Below are positions 49,400 through 62,292 of a stretch of DNA of 64,000 bases, in pieces. Source of the DNA: Nemertoderma westbladi. Its lineage: Eukaryota > Animalia > Xenacoelomorpha. How positions within the stretch are numbered: position 1 is the first letter of the stretch; every line of letters begins with the position of its first letter. The notes beneath the pieces were generated by a model. That model ran no database searches. It was not told the DNA's origin and saw only the letters and a program-made list of their open reading frames with translations. The translations under genes and the position numbers were made by a program. The stretch spans positions 3,660 through 67,659 of the forward strand of contig JAUCBJ010008112.1 of the NCBI GenBank assembly GCA_032718475.1, written 5' to 3'.

Positions 49400-51170
49400 A
49401 CAACTCCCTATCACCCATGACATTTGCTAGATCATCCGCATCTTCAAGGCCAGTGTCCTTTAAGATGCGTCTCAAGAAAGTCATGGGCTAGCCACCATGC
49501 TTATTCACTCCATGAGGCTGCTAAAGTACAAGATTATGCACTGGCTGGTCCTCACGGGGAAAGCAATGTCCTGCAAAGCGGAGGCGATTTTGTTCTAGTG
49601 TCAAGCTTGGGGGAACCAATGAGACACCTCCAATGTTATATAGTGTCTGGTTGGAGATGTGTGCATTGAACTTGACACAATGAACCCGGCGTAGCATTCT
49701 TGTGAATGTGCCGTCCAGAGATTTGGTGTCCTCAGCAGTTAGAGCCCAGCATGGACTCCCATAGAGGAGTACTGGAACTACTGCTGCTCTAAATAACCGG
49801 ACCTTAAGTTTCCGATTAATTCTTGGTGACTTCCAAATCCTGGAAAGCCTATTCAAGGCTGCCCATGCCTTTCCCTTACGTATTCGAAGGTCCTCACCTG
49901 ACTTCCGGATCCATGATCCCAGGTAACAGAAGTCATCCACATGCTCAAGCATACCATCTTTTGAGCTTATGCTCATCCGATCAGAGACTTGCTGAGGACT
50001 TTCAAAGTTAACTGTCAAAATTTTGGTCTTTCTCGAGTTAATAAAAAGACCAACACTAGAAGCAGCATGTTCTAATGAGCTGAGGAGCCGTTGGGCTCCC
50101 TCTAGTGATTCTGAGAGTACTCCTAAGTCATCAGCAAAGTCTAGATCAGTTAGGTACTTGGCAGGATTTCCTCGACTTCTGGAGCAAGTAGGTGGAGTTA
50201 TCATCACCCCATCATCATTATGATGATCTAAGGATATGCGTAGAACATAGTCAACAACAATTATGAACAAGAATGGTGCAAGTGTGTCTCCCTGGAGGAC
50301 GCCCCATAACACTTCAAATGGTTCTGTGTCACCGTCAACAGTAGACACAAATGTTGTCGAACCATCGTATACTGATCTGATTGCTGCAATAATTTCATCA
50401 GGAATCCCATATAATGAAAGTATGCTGAACATACGTGAGCGAGAGACTGAATCAAAGGCCTTGAAGAAGTCAACAAAGATAACAGCCAGATGCCTGTCTT
50501 TCTTTTTTGATAACTCTTCAATTATCCTTCTAAGTGCCAAAATGGGCTCCATGGTCCCACGACCTTTACGGAACCCATTCTGATTTCCACGGAGCAGTCT
50601 CTCAATGGGATCCCTGATGCGATTTAATAGAATTCTATTGTATAGCTTTGCAGCAATCGAGATCAATGACATTCCCCGAAAAGAACCATAGAGTGTTAGG
50701 TTGCCCTTCTTGGGAACTGGCACCAACTTATTTGTTTTCATTTCTTGTGGGACTCTTGTTGTACGGTACATGTCTACTATGATGGGGTAGATGAGCTTTA
50801 AACACTCAGGTATTTTAAGACCTCAGGGGGAACACCATCTACTCCACTGGCACGATTGGTCTTAATGCTCTTTGCAGCAGCCTTCACTTCTGCAAAGGAG
50901 ATATCACCAATGGGAATATCTGGGAGTACAGACTCAGACACTTTTACTTCTATAAAGTTATCAGGCAATACCCTGTCATTATTGAGGAGCTTTTCAAAGT
51001 GGGCCTTCCAACCATTGAGGCGATCGGCTGGTGATTCAGCCTTAACCTTGGTGGTTGGTTGGCTTCTTCGACCAGCAAGCAAGTTGATCGATCTCCATGC
51101 CTGGGATGATTGCCTGCTGTCGTCAGCATCCCCCATAAGGAACTTTGTTGCGGCAACCCATGACCTACAA
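49400..51170 (-). pseudogene. 5'-truncated LINE (RTE-like) reverse transcriptase
   Basis: RASGVDGVP, VPKKG, NQNGFRKGR, FVDFFKAFDSV, GVLQGDTLAPFLF, LDFADD, FCYLGS, VLLYGS. Frameshift near 50790. Confidence 0.92.
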
Positions 51171-54100
51171 TAATACGGCCTGAAAATCTGCAGCAGCAGC
51201 CACTTTATTTTTATATCTTTAACAATTTAATCTAAAAATGTAGTAGCCGACTTTGTTTTTACTTTCAACTGTTGGTTAACCGCATTTTTAATACAATTGC
51301 AAGTAATGAAATGCCTAATATTGTAGCGTAGCGACTAGCGAGCGATATACAACTGCAGCAGTTCGCGCAGCGATGAACCGGGTGGACCGACTTCGTGGGT
51401 CGTATTCTCAATCACAGCGATCAGTGTATTGGTAGCGCTGCTGGGCTGCTACTGTACAGACTGCGGCTTCGGGGTGTTTAGAGGGGCTGCGGGAATCGAT
51501 CCCACGTTGACCGACAAGGAAGTCGCGTTTGTAAGAGCGCACTCGCGAGTGGAGAAAGCTGTGGAAGACTTGAGACACGAAATACTCGAAATGGAACGTT
51601 CTCTTGGTAAGTTTAATACAGTTGCAACGTTTCTATTAGGGCCTACTGTGTGAGTGAAATATAGTCATCATATTATAGTTGGCATGTTATTTTACTTGCA
51701 CTTAACGTTCGTGGGGCCATCGCGCAGGACGAGGCTCAGTCAGATTAAAATTGAGCGACTGTATCACAAAATCAGGTTTTGAGAAATTTACCCACACCAC
51801 CAATCAATCAAAGAAAGGGGGACAGTACGTGTTCATCTCTTTTAATCTGCACGCCCCCCCCCCCCCCCTTCCTACCAACCAATACATAACCGCGACATCT
51901 ACCACCCAAGGGGCGGAAGGGTAGCACAAACTTATTTGCAATCACACGTTCAATATGCGAAGCCATGTGGTTTATAGGAAATATCGAGAATTCTAGAAAA
52001 TCGAGAATACGAGAAACTTGATCGAAATACCTGCTCATCCCAGTATCCGTCCGTAGTCACCGGACAGCTGCGGTTTATTCCCGTAGAACAGTAGAATTCC
52101 CGCAGCTTCCGATCCAATTCGACAACGAATTCGCCTCACACTTTCGCATGGCAGAGAACATAATCTGGTACGATACACGTCTGCCTGACTTTCAACAATT
52201 TCCCCCAGGCGATCCCAGGATCCGGCTGTCCGGGCCGCCGCTTAACCCAAATCGCAATCCTCGTCGATTCGTCCAGTCGTCGACGTAAGTCGGACTCTTC
52301 CCACCGCACTCCAAGGTGGGTGGCCTGAGTGAGGCATGATGAACTTGGCAGTGGCCCGCATTACGATCCGACCGACCGCCGTATTCCCAGTGTAGTAAAT
52401 AGAATCTTACTGACAAGCAAGCAATTCCGTAGTATTTATTCCTCAGTTAATCGCATCTTGATGCCACTCGGCTGCTCGGGTCCAGATACATCGGACTGTC
52501 GGAAGCTGTTGAGATGAAGAAGTTGTTTAGATGGCCTTGCCAACGACCAACGACCTGAAGACGGTACCGGTAACTCTGTACCACTGTAACAGTTAACAGT
52601 ACCGGTACCGTACTGTAATCCTGTAGTCTCCTAGCAACCAGCTGATGCCAAGCCTAATGATTTTTGGGTAGATTAATTTATTATAACCGTATGCTGTACG
52701 AAGACCCCACGCAAATTCAATTTGGAAAATTTCTAAACTTTGGCCAGACTACATGTGTACCAAGTTTAGTTAAATTTCATTAACATTTGGCTGAGTTATT
52801 AACGTTTAAAATTGGACACGACAGAACGACAGAACAACAGATCGACAGAACAACAGATGAACAGAGCAACAGACACACCGATTGAGTTAGTGGTACCTGT
52901 ATGCTAAGCTCGCTTACTTTCGTCGCTCGCCCCACAACAGACACACCGATTGAGTTAGTGGTACCTGTATGCTAAGGTCGCTTAATTTCGTCGCTCGCCC
53001 CACAAAATAATGCTTGTTTTGTAATGTTTCTTTATGTATATATATTCTGTTATTCTGTATATATTACCATTTTATTGTTTAGGTTAAAAGTAAATCCCGC
53101 ATCTTTAATCTTCTCCTTTTCCTCAATTTGTAAGACACAGTTTATTGTTTTGGTTAGTAAATCCCGCATCTGTAATTTAATAATCCTTTTCCACAATTTG
53201 TAAAAAAACCGTTTAGAATTATTCGGTTAACACCTGCTCTGCTAGGGTCTAAAAGAGTCTCTATCACTAGGGATATAATATTAGTTTTATTAATAATATT
53301 ATGTTAATTACATAATATTATTAACTAGTAGCTGTATTATATAGGTCCCTACTATAAATTATAAACTGTAAATTAGCCATACAACTGTAGGCTGTGTTGT
53401 ATACTGTATACGCGTAGGCCTACACATTTAATAGTACCGAGTGTAATTTTATAGCCGGAGTAACAGACAGAAATACGAAATACAACCAGCAACACGTAAT
53501 AAATTCAGGTTGTAGAGTGAGCACCCAACAGACTGCCACGTGCTACGTTGAATACTGTTTGTGTACGACTCAAACCGAGGATAAGAAGAATTGTTAGTTT
53601 ATGTGCAGTGCGCACACAAATAACGAATTATATCAAAGTTAGCTAATCTTAATAAAAGGTTGGCGTAAAATAATTCCAGTACTTGTGCCGTCCTGGGTAC
53701 TACTGTACGGCCGTATGGGGTATAATTAGTGGACCCGTCTATCGTCGTTTGAACGCTAATAAGTCAGTCAATCTCGGATGAAATGGAACCAAACTTGGTA
53801 CACATGTAGTCTGTCAAAGGGTTAGAAATTGTACAGAGAGACTGTGTATTTGTCTGCCGCTAGGGGACGAATTTAGAAACGAGAAAGTAGCTGTATTTAT
53901 AGAACCAACCTTCAGATTGATCAGAAATTTGGTAGGAGTGACATACGGGCATTGCTGAATAAAAAAAATCTGCTCACAGATAGACTGTTCGTCTTGTACA
54001 GTTCTTCTATCTGCCGCTAAGGGGAGAATGACTAGGTTCACTAATTGTACCTCTACGCAAAGGCTCATCTGGACTTACGTGCTGCGCGAAGTCCCCACAT

Positions 54101-54550
54101 ACGTGTCTATTCTGTATACATCAGGTTCCTAAATGAATTGTTCCACGTTCCCACAAATAATGTTCAAAAGTACAATCTCATGGCATACTTGTAGTATCTT
54201 AATTCAGTGGCCTGAACCATCTGATATTAATCCTCAACGCTATTCAGATGTTTTACAGAATTAGGATCCTTGTGGGCGAATCATCGCGGCCCATCTGTAC
54301 AAATAATTACGGTAACAAAAACGGCTCAAATTAGTGGCGGTGTTAATGGTGCAATATTGGTACGTTTAATAGTGAGATATATTTTCAATCACTTGTATCA
54401 AAAGTCTGAAAGCGAAAATAGTATTCCAGGAGTTGGGACTTTTGGTAATATTATTTCAGTTGTTTTATTGCAGTTTGGCCCCAATTATATTCTAGCGGTA
54501 TTGGAGAGGTAATAAGCCAGCGATGCACACTACCCGGAGTCCGTTGCCAC

Positions 54551-55828
54551 TGTAAAAGCTTCTGTGGGATGCAACTGGTCCTTCGCCCCGCGATCCAGTT
54601 TTTCCCCCATACGCTGAAATACTCTGAAACCTGCTGTAAAAGCGTTTACAGATATAATTGGATCCCCTAGCCCTCGGGGTGCTGTATAAGTGTTTTTAAC
54701 GGACATAAAATAGATTCTTCTGAATGTGTGCTTTATGCGGACGTAGCAGGGTACACAACCCGCAATGCGGCATTTCACTGTCACTATGTCAAGGGAAGGA
54801 TTCTGATTACGACATCTCCCAGCTGGATGATGACGTGGAGGGAGCTCTCATTGGACTCCTGGTTCCTTTGTTTTGGTCTAACAACCAATCAGGGTGATTT
54901 GCGTTTTCCTTGAAGAGATACCTACAGCAGCTCCCAAACTCAGTGTTTATGTCGTTCCATACTGCCTGAAGATCGGCTGGAATGACGCAATGTTTCTGCC
55001 TTTTTATAAGAACATTAGTAGGCTAAATTATAGAAAGCATAGCTATTATCGATTCGATCCGATTCGATTCGACACGATTCCAATTTATAACTTAACGATT
55101 CAATGCAATCTAATTATATCTTAACCTACCGTCATACTGCTTTTACTGTTTGTAATTTTGTATCAGTATAATTGGATGTTATTAGTTGAAGAATATCAAT
55201 AATCAACCCACATTTTCCCAATATCTTTGATACACTACAGGTTAGAGAGAAAGGTTATGTACAACAATTGCGACTTTATTATTGTGTTTGTAGTGAATCT
55301 AATGTTGTTTGACAGACACTACCTGAGTCCAGTGCATATCTCTTTATACCTGATCAAAGTCAGTAACTGTCGGCATATCAGTGAGCAGTGTTGTGCGTTA
55401 CCGGTAGCGTGCGTGATTGTAAAGTGATTGGATCTGATAATAAAGCATTCCTAAAGAATGCGCCCTATGCTTGAAATTTAAGCCATATCGTTGTGTGTAG
55501 TATCAGTCATAACTCTGTTTACATAGGTAGAGCGCCACGTCCTAAAAGGAACTGCTAATATTTCCCGAAAGTGAATAATATTTGTCAGAGATTATATATT
55601 AGTAATCAATCGAATAATACAGTAGGCTTGACCGCAAATAAATTTAAGCCCACGAATCCAGTCTCCCGGTGTTATAAACGGGTCATTTGGACGCGCATGG
55701 ACTGGCTTCGGCTAATGTTTTTGGTTTGTTTTGTATTAAATCTTATCATCTTACAAAAGGCAGATTATCAATAAAGACATATAAATTTCGGCAGGTTAAA
55801 CTGCTGAAGGTCTATAAAAGCGCGTACA
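54551..55828 (+). repeat. 5' LTR of element C (TGT...ACA)
   Basis: Begins TGTAAAAGCTT and ends GCGCGTACA like A's LTR. CCAATCAG (~54885) and TTATAAGAAC (~55004) are conserved with A. Confidence 0.75.
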
Positions 55829-55839
55829 ATAATAGCTAT
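55829..55839 (+). promoter_or_regulatory. putative self-priming PBS of element C (ATAATAGCTAT)
   Basis: Abuts the LTR, lacks TGG, and is the exact reverse complement of ATAGCTATTAT at 55039-55049, 34 nt downstream of TATAAG. Confidence 0.55.
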
Positions 55840-57823
55840 CGATCTTATTTGCGGTAAGCAATAAGATTGAAAATACCGGTACTACTACCGTAGGTCCGTA
55901 GGCCCAACTGTCATAACCGGTACTGCTGTGCAAGTACATTAGTATTATTTCGATTGTGATCTATTGTATATTGTGGGCTGCCAGGGGAATAGGGATTGAT
56001 CACCCCTCATTCTTTTGTATAGTTTACTTATTTCTGTCGGTTTTATTTACTAGTAAGTTAATATTGAGCCGAAGACGTGTAAGTCTGCTCAGATTGTTCA
56101 GATCATTGTAGGCTGGACTGTTGTCTGACGGTTGTTAGGCTTGAAGATTACAGCGTGTGTAGAGAGTCTGATAGGTGCCAGTTAGTAAGTTGGGGCAACT
56201 CGTAAGTTGTAAGGTCAACCCCTATAAAGAATAAGCCGCGCTACCTTATTAGCACGCATACTCACTAACAAGTTTCGGAATCTGCATATACTGTGGTTAT
56301 TTAGGCTTGATAGTAGTCCGTCAGCGTTTATCCTGTATTGTTTGTATAGTCTGTTCAGATACCGTAATATTATTCAGATATTTTGTGGGCTGGATTGTTG
56401 CCTAGCTGTTGTTGGGTCTGAAGGAATTGCTACGTGTGTAGAGTAAGTCTGATAAAGTGCCGTTAGTAAGTTGGGGCAGCCATCGCTGTAAGGACAATCC
56501 CCTCTTAAAGAATAAGTCGTACTACCGTATTAGCACGCATACTAACTAACAGTTTCAGAATCTGCACATACAGTAGTTTGTTTAGGCTTAGTGGTAGTCT
56601 GTCAGCATTTTAGTTTGTATTTTATTTGAGTATTCTGTACGGGTAGCGTAATATTTATTATTCAGAGTTTATGCAATTACTCGCAACATTCATGTCCCCA
56701 AGTTTATTCCTACAGTAATTGTGTTTGTTATACATACCGTTATAGTTAAATTAACCCCAGTACTACACGGGCTGCTTGGCGTAGGTAAAGACTGGTGACT
56801 TAGTGCCCCGGTCACTCCAGCAGATGCTGTGGTTCTTTTAACTGTTCAAGTATATTTAACTACTGGTTATCTGTTTTACAAGTACCTGTACCTAATTTAG
56901 GGTTTAGTGTACAGTGCTGTCCGAGAGTAATTAGTGTAGGCATTATTGTGTTGTAAAGTAGTTAATAGGCACGCTCGTTCTGGTAGACGGCGGTAATTAA
57001 CTTCTAGGTAGGAACACTCCGTAGATACATAACGTTGTACCTATAGCGCTACGGCTGTAGGTCGTCAGGCGGTGGTATTTTCCTATCTAGACAACGCAAT
57101 ATTTACTTCTGCTTATTATTTTCAAATACCGTAGTATCCTGTCCGTTGAAATAACCAGGAGATCTAACCCTTTGTTAGACTGGTTAGTAGTTTCCCTGTA
57201 AAATTGCCCTAAAAATCTGTACGTACCGTTTTTGTGTGTTTATTAGAGATTGTAATCTCACCAATAGTAAGTAACTAGTAAATAAGTAACGTAGGCCAGT
57301 AGAATTATTCTGTTTAGTGTCCCATAAGTAGCACTTCACTGAAAGCGCACAGCTTCTGTGTAGTGGTATTTTACCGGAAATAGTAACACCTATTTCAATC
57401 TTGTAACAAATCCCTTATCAGGGTATATATATATTATAAATCAACTCCAAAGATTTATAAATCAGTAGGCCTGTCATACAACAAGTAGGTCTCAATATCA
57501 GTTGGACTACTGCTTACATAACGGTAACAGAGTAAACTCAAGTAACTAAGTAACCTTATAATTTCAGAAATTCAATTATCCTAAATAATTGATATACCGG
57601 TATCTATAATAGGCTTAATATATATTTGTATATATTTGTACTGAAATTATATACCGGTACTCTGTGACAAACCTAGTCTGCAATAATTATATATACTGTG
57701 GGTGTATACCGGTATCCTAATATATCGTAATTAATTACCGGTACTAGGCCAACAGTCCTACTGAATTACTGGACTTGCTTTAACTGTAACTATAGCAGTA
57801 GGCATTCAACTGTATAACTAAAC

Positions 57824-60800
57824 ATGGCTGACATAAAGAAAACTCTGTCAGATAGTCTTTTAGAAACAACAGCCTGTTTCTCAGATCAAAGTGTAGAGAA
57901 TCCTAGACCGAGATCTGAGACCCCTCCTACTGTAAGAAGGGCAACCCCTGCAGTAGTTGTGTCAGAACCTAGGTTGGTAGAAGCGATTTCGCAATTTGCT
58001 AAGTTAGTGAAGCGCCGTAGGTCTGCCATAGGCACTCGGGCCCAAGTCAAACGGAACCCAGAGGAAGCTGTCCTATCGCAGCAACATCCTGATCACGAAC
58101 CTAGTCCCCAGCGACCCGATAGCTCCAGTAGTTCGGAGACTGTTGAGCGGACACCCGAACGCGGAGCGAAAATGGTGGATACGGCTTGTGATGAGCGGCC
58201 AACCTTTGAAGAATCAACCGACGCCCCTTCTTCTCAAGTAGAAAGCGAAGTGGAAAGCGAAGTGGAAAGCGAAGTGGAAAGCGAAGTGGAAAGCGAATTA
58301 ACACCAGAAGGACCACAAAAGAGAGATGCAATTGATACCTATTTGTCAGATTATCAGCGATTCATAGGAGACAAGGAGTTGAGAAGAAGACTGCATGGAT
58401 TTACACCTAATAGTGCAGGGGCTAAGCGTGTATTGGACGAACTCGATGCTGAGATGTTAGCTAAAGATCAAGCTAAATTTGATGAGGAAAGACGCATCGC
58501 TAGAGCCCAGGAAACACAAGTCCAGAAAAAACAAATAGAAGATCGAAAGGCAGCAGCAGCGGCAGAGGCAGAGGCAGCAAGAAAGTTAGCAGCGGCAGAG
58601 GCAGAGGCAGCAAGCAAGCTAGCAGCGGCAGAGGCAGCAAGCAAGCTAGCAGCGGCAGAGGCAGAGGCAGAAAGAAAATTGACAGAAGCGGAAAAGAGAG
58701 CTTCTGACGAGATCGCCCAACTAGAGTTGGCAAATCTGCAAGAGACACATGATTACATCAATAAACGCGACACAGAAAGTCGAATGAAGATACTGAGTCG
58801 ATCTACTTCGAAACGCCAAGGTTTTACATCCTCAGAAGAAGGAGACACTACCGACACTGAAGGTGGAAGAAATAGATCCCGTCTCAGTAGGCGTAAAAGA
58901 ATGTCTCCACGTCAGAAATTGCCTGATTTGCCTCCAGCTGTTAAGAGACAACTAGCTAGCATAGCAGTAGATAGTACAGAACCCACAGACCAAACTATTA
59001 CCATTACCAGACTCCCTACTATAGTAGATGAGCCGGAAATAATTAGGCCTGTTCTAGAAAACACCCCTTCGGTGAGAGAGACCCCTGTACTCCCCAAATC
59101 TACTACCAAACTCCCTTTACACAGTACTATTAAATTAACGGCACCTGGTGGAGCAGCCCAAGTCCCGGTTCTGGAGACTGAGAGAGACATACAAGATCTG
59201 TCTCCCGTCGCCCCGATACGGCCCGCTACAACGTTGGCGACTCCCGCTTCGGCGGTCGAGTGGGTTGAGAAGGGACGGCGGGAGATGAGTCTCTTGCTCG
59301 GTCAAATGCGAGAACAGCGAGACTGTTCCTCGCAACAGATCCGGGACTTAGAAGGGACTGTCTACCAACTCAAGGGAACCGTAAGGGATAGTAGGATAGA
59401 GCTGCAAGAAGTGCAGCAAAATATCGCTCTCGAGCGCGACAAATTAGTCAATATACAAAGGGGAATACCAACACCCCCTGTAACCCTGTGTCAACCTGCT
59501 AGGTCGGAAGTGTATCATGCGCGAGGTGTGTCGCCTACACGCATATATACTGCTAGCAAAGTAGAAACACCCCCTATAACCCTGAGTCAACCTGTTAGGT
59601 CTGAAGTACATCATGCGCAAGGTGTGTCGCCTATACGCATATATACTGCTAGCGAAGTAGAAACTCCTATAGTAAACCCTATTACGGGAGACTACAAACC
59701 TGTGAATAATGATATTCCCTATAGACCTGATAATGATCTGAAAAATTTATATACCGATAATTCGATATTAAATAACACGATGGCCCAAGAAAGCTTTACG
59801 CGTCAGATGGCTAGAACAGAAGCCCGCCAAGCGGTCAAAGTGGGAGAAATTGTCAAATTCAACGGTGATGAGATGAAATGGTTACCTTTTAAAGAATATT
59901 ATGAAGATAGCATACAGAACTCTGTACTATCTAGCGGAGAGAAACTGAGATTCCTCATCAAATGTTTGGAAGGACCTCCCAAGTTAATGGCGTTGAAGTT
60001 TATTGGACATCCAAATGGATTAAGACAAGTCTGGGATACATTAAACACCAGGTATGGTAATAAAGATAATATCGCTAAGTATTTGTATGCAAAACTGGTA
60101 GCCCCTCGAAAGTTCCTTAGTAACGAGATTATAGAGTTTTCCGATGAGATTCAAGAAATCTGCCGACAATTGGATTGGTTAGGTAAGTCCCATGAATATC
60201 AGAGCTCCATGGTCATCGGAGCCATAGTCTCTACTTTGCCAAAGGGTGGAGTATGTACACGTTGGGACAAGAAGGTGTTGCATATGATGGAGCAACAACG
60301 ACGGAGCCCCACCATGGTGGATCTCATGTCATTCCTAGACCGTGAGGTCAAACTACAACTAATAAAGCAATCCAGGGAAAAAACATCGGAAAATCAGGTA
60401 AGTGAAAAACCCGTTTCTAGGAAAAGAATAATACCCGTATGTTATACTGACGACGGCGAAAGCCAGACCTCCCATGAAGAAGACAGCGGGAAAGACACAG
60501 CAAGATCCTACGATGACCACAAAACCCCGAGAGACGTAAGTAAATACCAGCCTCGAACCAATGATAGGAGAGACAAGCTTACCAAGACCCCTCCTCAGTC
60601 TCCCAAAGGAATTCAGGTAAGCAAGCCCGAAGAACGAGCGAAAGTGCACAGCATTGCCCAAGTTAAAGTGAGTAACATCAAACCAAAATGTGCGCTGTGC
60701 GACGGGCCCCACCGTTTGAGTGCGTGTGCGGAATTCCAAAAGAAATCCCTGGCAGATAGACGTGGAGTCCTGTGGGATAAGCGGTTGTGTTATAACTGTC

Positions 60801-62122
60801 TCAGACGCGGACACCAGCGGCGAACCTGTTACTCTGACGCAAGGTGTGCTAAGTGCGGCGCGAAACATCATAGCTTATTGCACACAGAATTCGAACGAAA
60901 CCACCCGAGTCAGGTAAGTGAGCCCAAATCACATGTCCAATTCAGTGATGTGAACGACACTGACCAAAGTTCTGAGTGGGAAGGATTCTATACTGACGAA
61001 TTCTCTGATGCCAACGAATCCTGTTATCTAATAAACACCGCAGTGTATCGAGCACTTACGTACGAAAAGGATAACGACACGGAGTTTCCATCAACCTCCT
61101 TGGACAAGCAACCATCTCGGAAAACTCCAACATCCAACATAGGAATACGAGAATTTCCGGTAGTCCAGGTAAGAGTTCACGGTCCCAACAAAAGTTACAT
61201 AGTGAACGCCCTCCTTGACTCAGGTAGCACCGGAACATTCATCGACAAGGAGTTAGCCGAGGATATTTTTGCTGGACAACCCAAATTCCGAACTAAGTTA
61301 AATATGTCCGGAATTATGCAGGTTTGGAAATCTACCTTAATGGCAGATTATTATATCGGCGCATTGTCCACTCCACAGGATAAATTAGGGGAACAAAGTA
61401 TAGAGTCAGTAAAAATGGTGGCAATAAAGAACTTCGCTACTACTCAAGTAGAACCTTATGACTGGGACGAGGACGAGAACATCCAACATTTGGGAATACC
61501 TCGATTCCAAACTGATTATCCTGGAGTACAAATCCTTATCGGCCAAAACGCGCATGAGGCGCTCGAGACGTTAGAGAAACGGCCTGCTCAACCGCAGCCA
61601 TTACAACCTTATGCGGTAAGAACTCGAGTAGGTTGGTACTTCACTGGCCCTTCCCGCAGAACCCTTGAAGAAAGACTGCCACAAGACCGGATACTTCAAG
61701 TAAAAGCTTGGGAAGAGGAGAGCAGTGAGGTGGACGAAGCCACTGAGGGAACAACATACTCCTCAGATAGCGACGATATCAACTCCAATGTAGATCAATG
61801 GAGACATCGACCCGAGACGATTAATCTAGCCGACATCGCTTCCAGAGGAGTAACTCCTCAAGAACGGATAGATACTCCCGGCTGGTTGGGTGGACCCGAC
61901 TCCCTAAGTAAAGAAGAAGAAGAATGGCCTCCTCGTCTTGCCGCGGCGGAGATTAGACAGGCCAAGGGAGCGGAGGAAATATCACGACGGCCTAATCGCC
62001 CAGCTGGTCGTTTAGGTTTACCGGGAAGAGACCGAAAACTGTCCGGAAACCATGGAAGGCAAGATACTCTTCCTACGACCACTTCCCTAATTCGACAAAT
62101 ATCTAGGGACTCCATCACGTAA
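57824..62122 (+). CDS. Element C Gag-protease ORF (1432 aa) with in-frame loss of RT/RH and IN
   Basis: Gag, three knuckles and LLDSGS are present. Then SSDSDDIN|SNVDQWRH..NLADIASRG (end of RH) and GAEE|..NRPAGRL..TTTSLIRQISRD (end of IN). Confidence 0.88.
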   Translation: MADIKKTLSDSLLETTACFSDQSVENPRPRSETPPTVRRATPAVVVSEPRLVEAISQFAKLVKRRRSAIGTRAQVKRNPEEAVLSQQHPDHEPSPQRPDSSSSSETVERTPERGAKMVDTACDERPTFEESTDAPSSQVESEVESEVESEVESEVESELTPEGPQKRDAIDTYLSDYQRFIGDKELRRRLHGFTPNSAGAKRVLDELDAEMLAKDQAKFDEERRIARAQETQVQKKQIEDRKAAAAAEAEAARKLAAAEAEAASKLAAAEAASKLAAAEAEAERKLTEAEKRASDEIAQLELANLQETHDYINKRDTESRMKILSRSTSKRQGFTSSEEGDTTDTEGGRNRSRLSRRKRMSPRQKLPDLPPAVKRQLASIAVDSTEPTDQTITITRLPTIVDEPEIIRPVLENTPSVRETPVLPKSTTKLPLHSTIKLTAPGGAAQVPVLETERDIQDLSPVAPIRPATTLATPASAVEWVEKGRREMSLLLGQMREQRDCSSQQIRDLEGTVYQLKGTVRDSRIELQEVQQNIALERDKLVNIQRGIPTPPVTLCQPARSEVYHARGVSPTRIYTASKVETPPITLSQPVRSEVHHAQGVSPIRIYTASEVETPIVNPITGDYKPVNNDIPYRPDNDLKNLYTDNSILNNTMAQESFTRQMARTEARQAVKVGEIVKFNGDEMKWLPFKEYYEDSIQNSVLSSGEKLRFLIKCLEGPPKLMALKFIGHPNGLRQVWDTLNTRYGNKDNIAKYLYAKLVAPRKFLSNEIIEFSDEIQEICRQLDWLGKSHEYQSSMVIGAIVSTLPKGGVCTRWDKKVLHMMEQQRRSPTMVDLMSFLDREVKLQLIKQSREKTSENQVSEKPVSRKRIIPVCYTDDGESQTSHEEDSGKDTARSYDDHKTPRDVSKYQPRTNDRRDKLTKTPPQSPKGIQVSKPEERAKVHSIAQVKVSNIKPKCALCDGPHRLSACAEFQKKSLADRRGVLWDKRLCYNCLRRGHQRRTCYSDARCAKCGAKHHSLLHTEFERNHPSQVSEPKSHVQFSDVNDTDQSSEWEGFYTDEFSDANESCYLINTAVYRALTYEKDNDTEFPSTSLDKQPSRKTPTSNIGIREFPVVQVRVHGPNKSYIVNALLDSGSTGTFIDKELAEDIFAGQPKFRTKLNMSGIMQVWKSTLMADYYIGALSTPQDKLGEQSIESVKMVAIKNFATTQVEPYDWDEDENIQHLGIPRFQTDYPGVQILIGQNAHEALETLEKRPAQPQPLQPYAVRTRVGWYFTGPSRRTLEERLPQDRILQVKAWEEESSEVDEATEGTTYSSDSDDINSNVDQWRHRPETINLADIASRGVTPQERIDTPGWLGGPDSLSKEEEEWPPRLAAAEIRQAKGAEEISRRPNRPAGRLGLPGRDRKLSGNHGRQDTLPTTTSLIRQISRDSIT

Positions 62123-62292
62123 TAATATATGGAGTGGGTGTGTGACTATATTATTTTATATTTGTTTTTATTTTATATTTATGTATGTATTACTATGTAT
62201 TTTATTATAATCGTTTTATTTAATTTTATTTAGTAGAGTGTTATTTTAGATTATTTAGTAGATTAGTGCAATATATTAGTGTTTATTACGTA

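Larger units (their letters stand above)
54551..62292 (+). mobile_element. Element C: internally deleted, 3'-truncated relative of element A
   Basis: LTR homologous to A's LTR, ~2-kb leader, Gag-PR highly similar to A. The post-stop sequence 62123-62290 matches the reverse complement of ~32500-32675. Confidence 0.85.

Noticed and set aside
51339-52560. Possible host exons (hydrophobic segment WVVFSITAISVLVALLG, GTAAGT donor at ~51608, GC-rich block 52000-52560)
   Set aside because: No start codon or good acceptor, downstream frames hit stops, and no recognisable protein family. Not supportable without RNA data.
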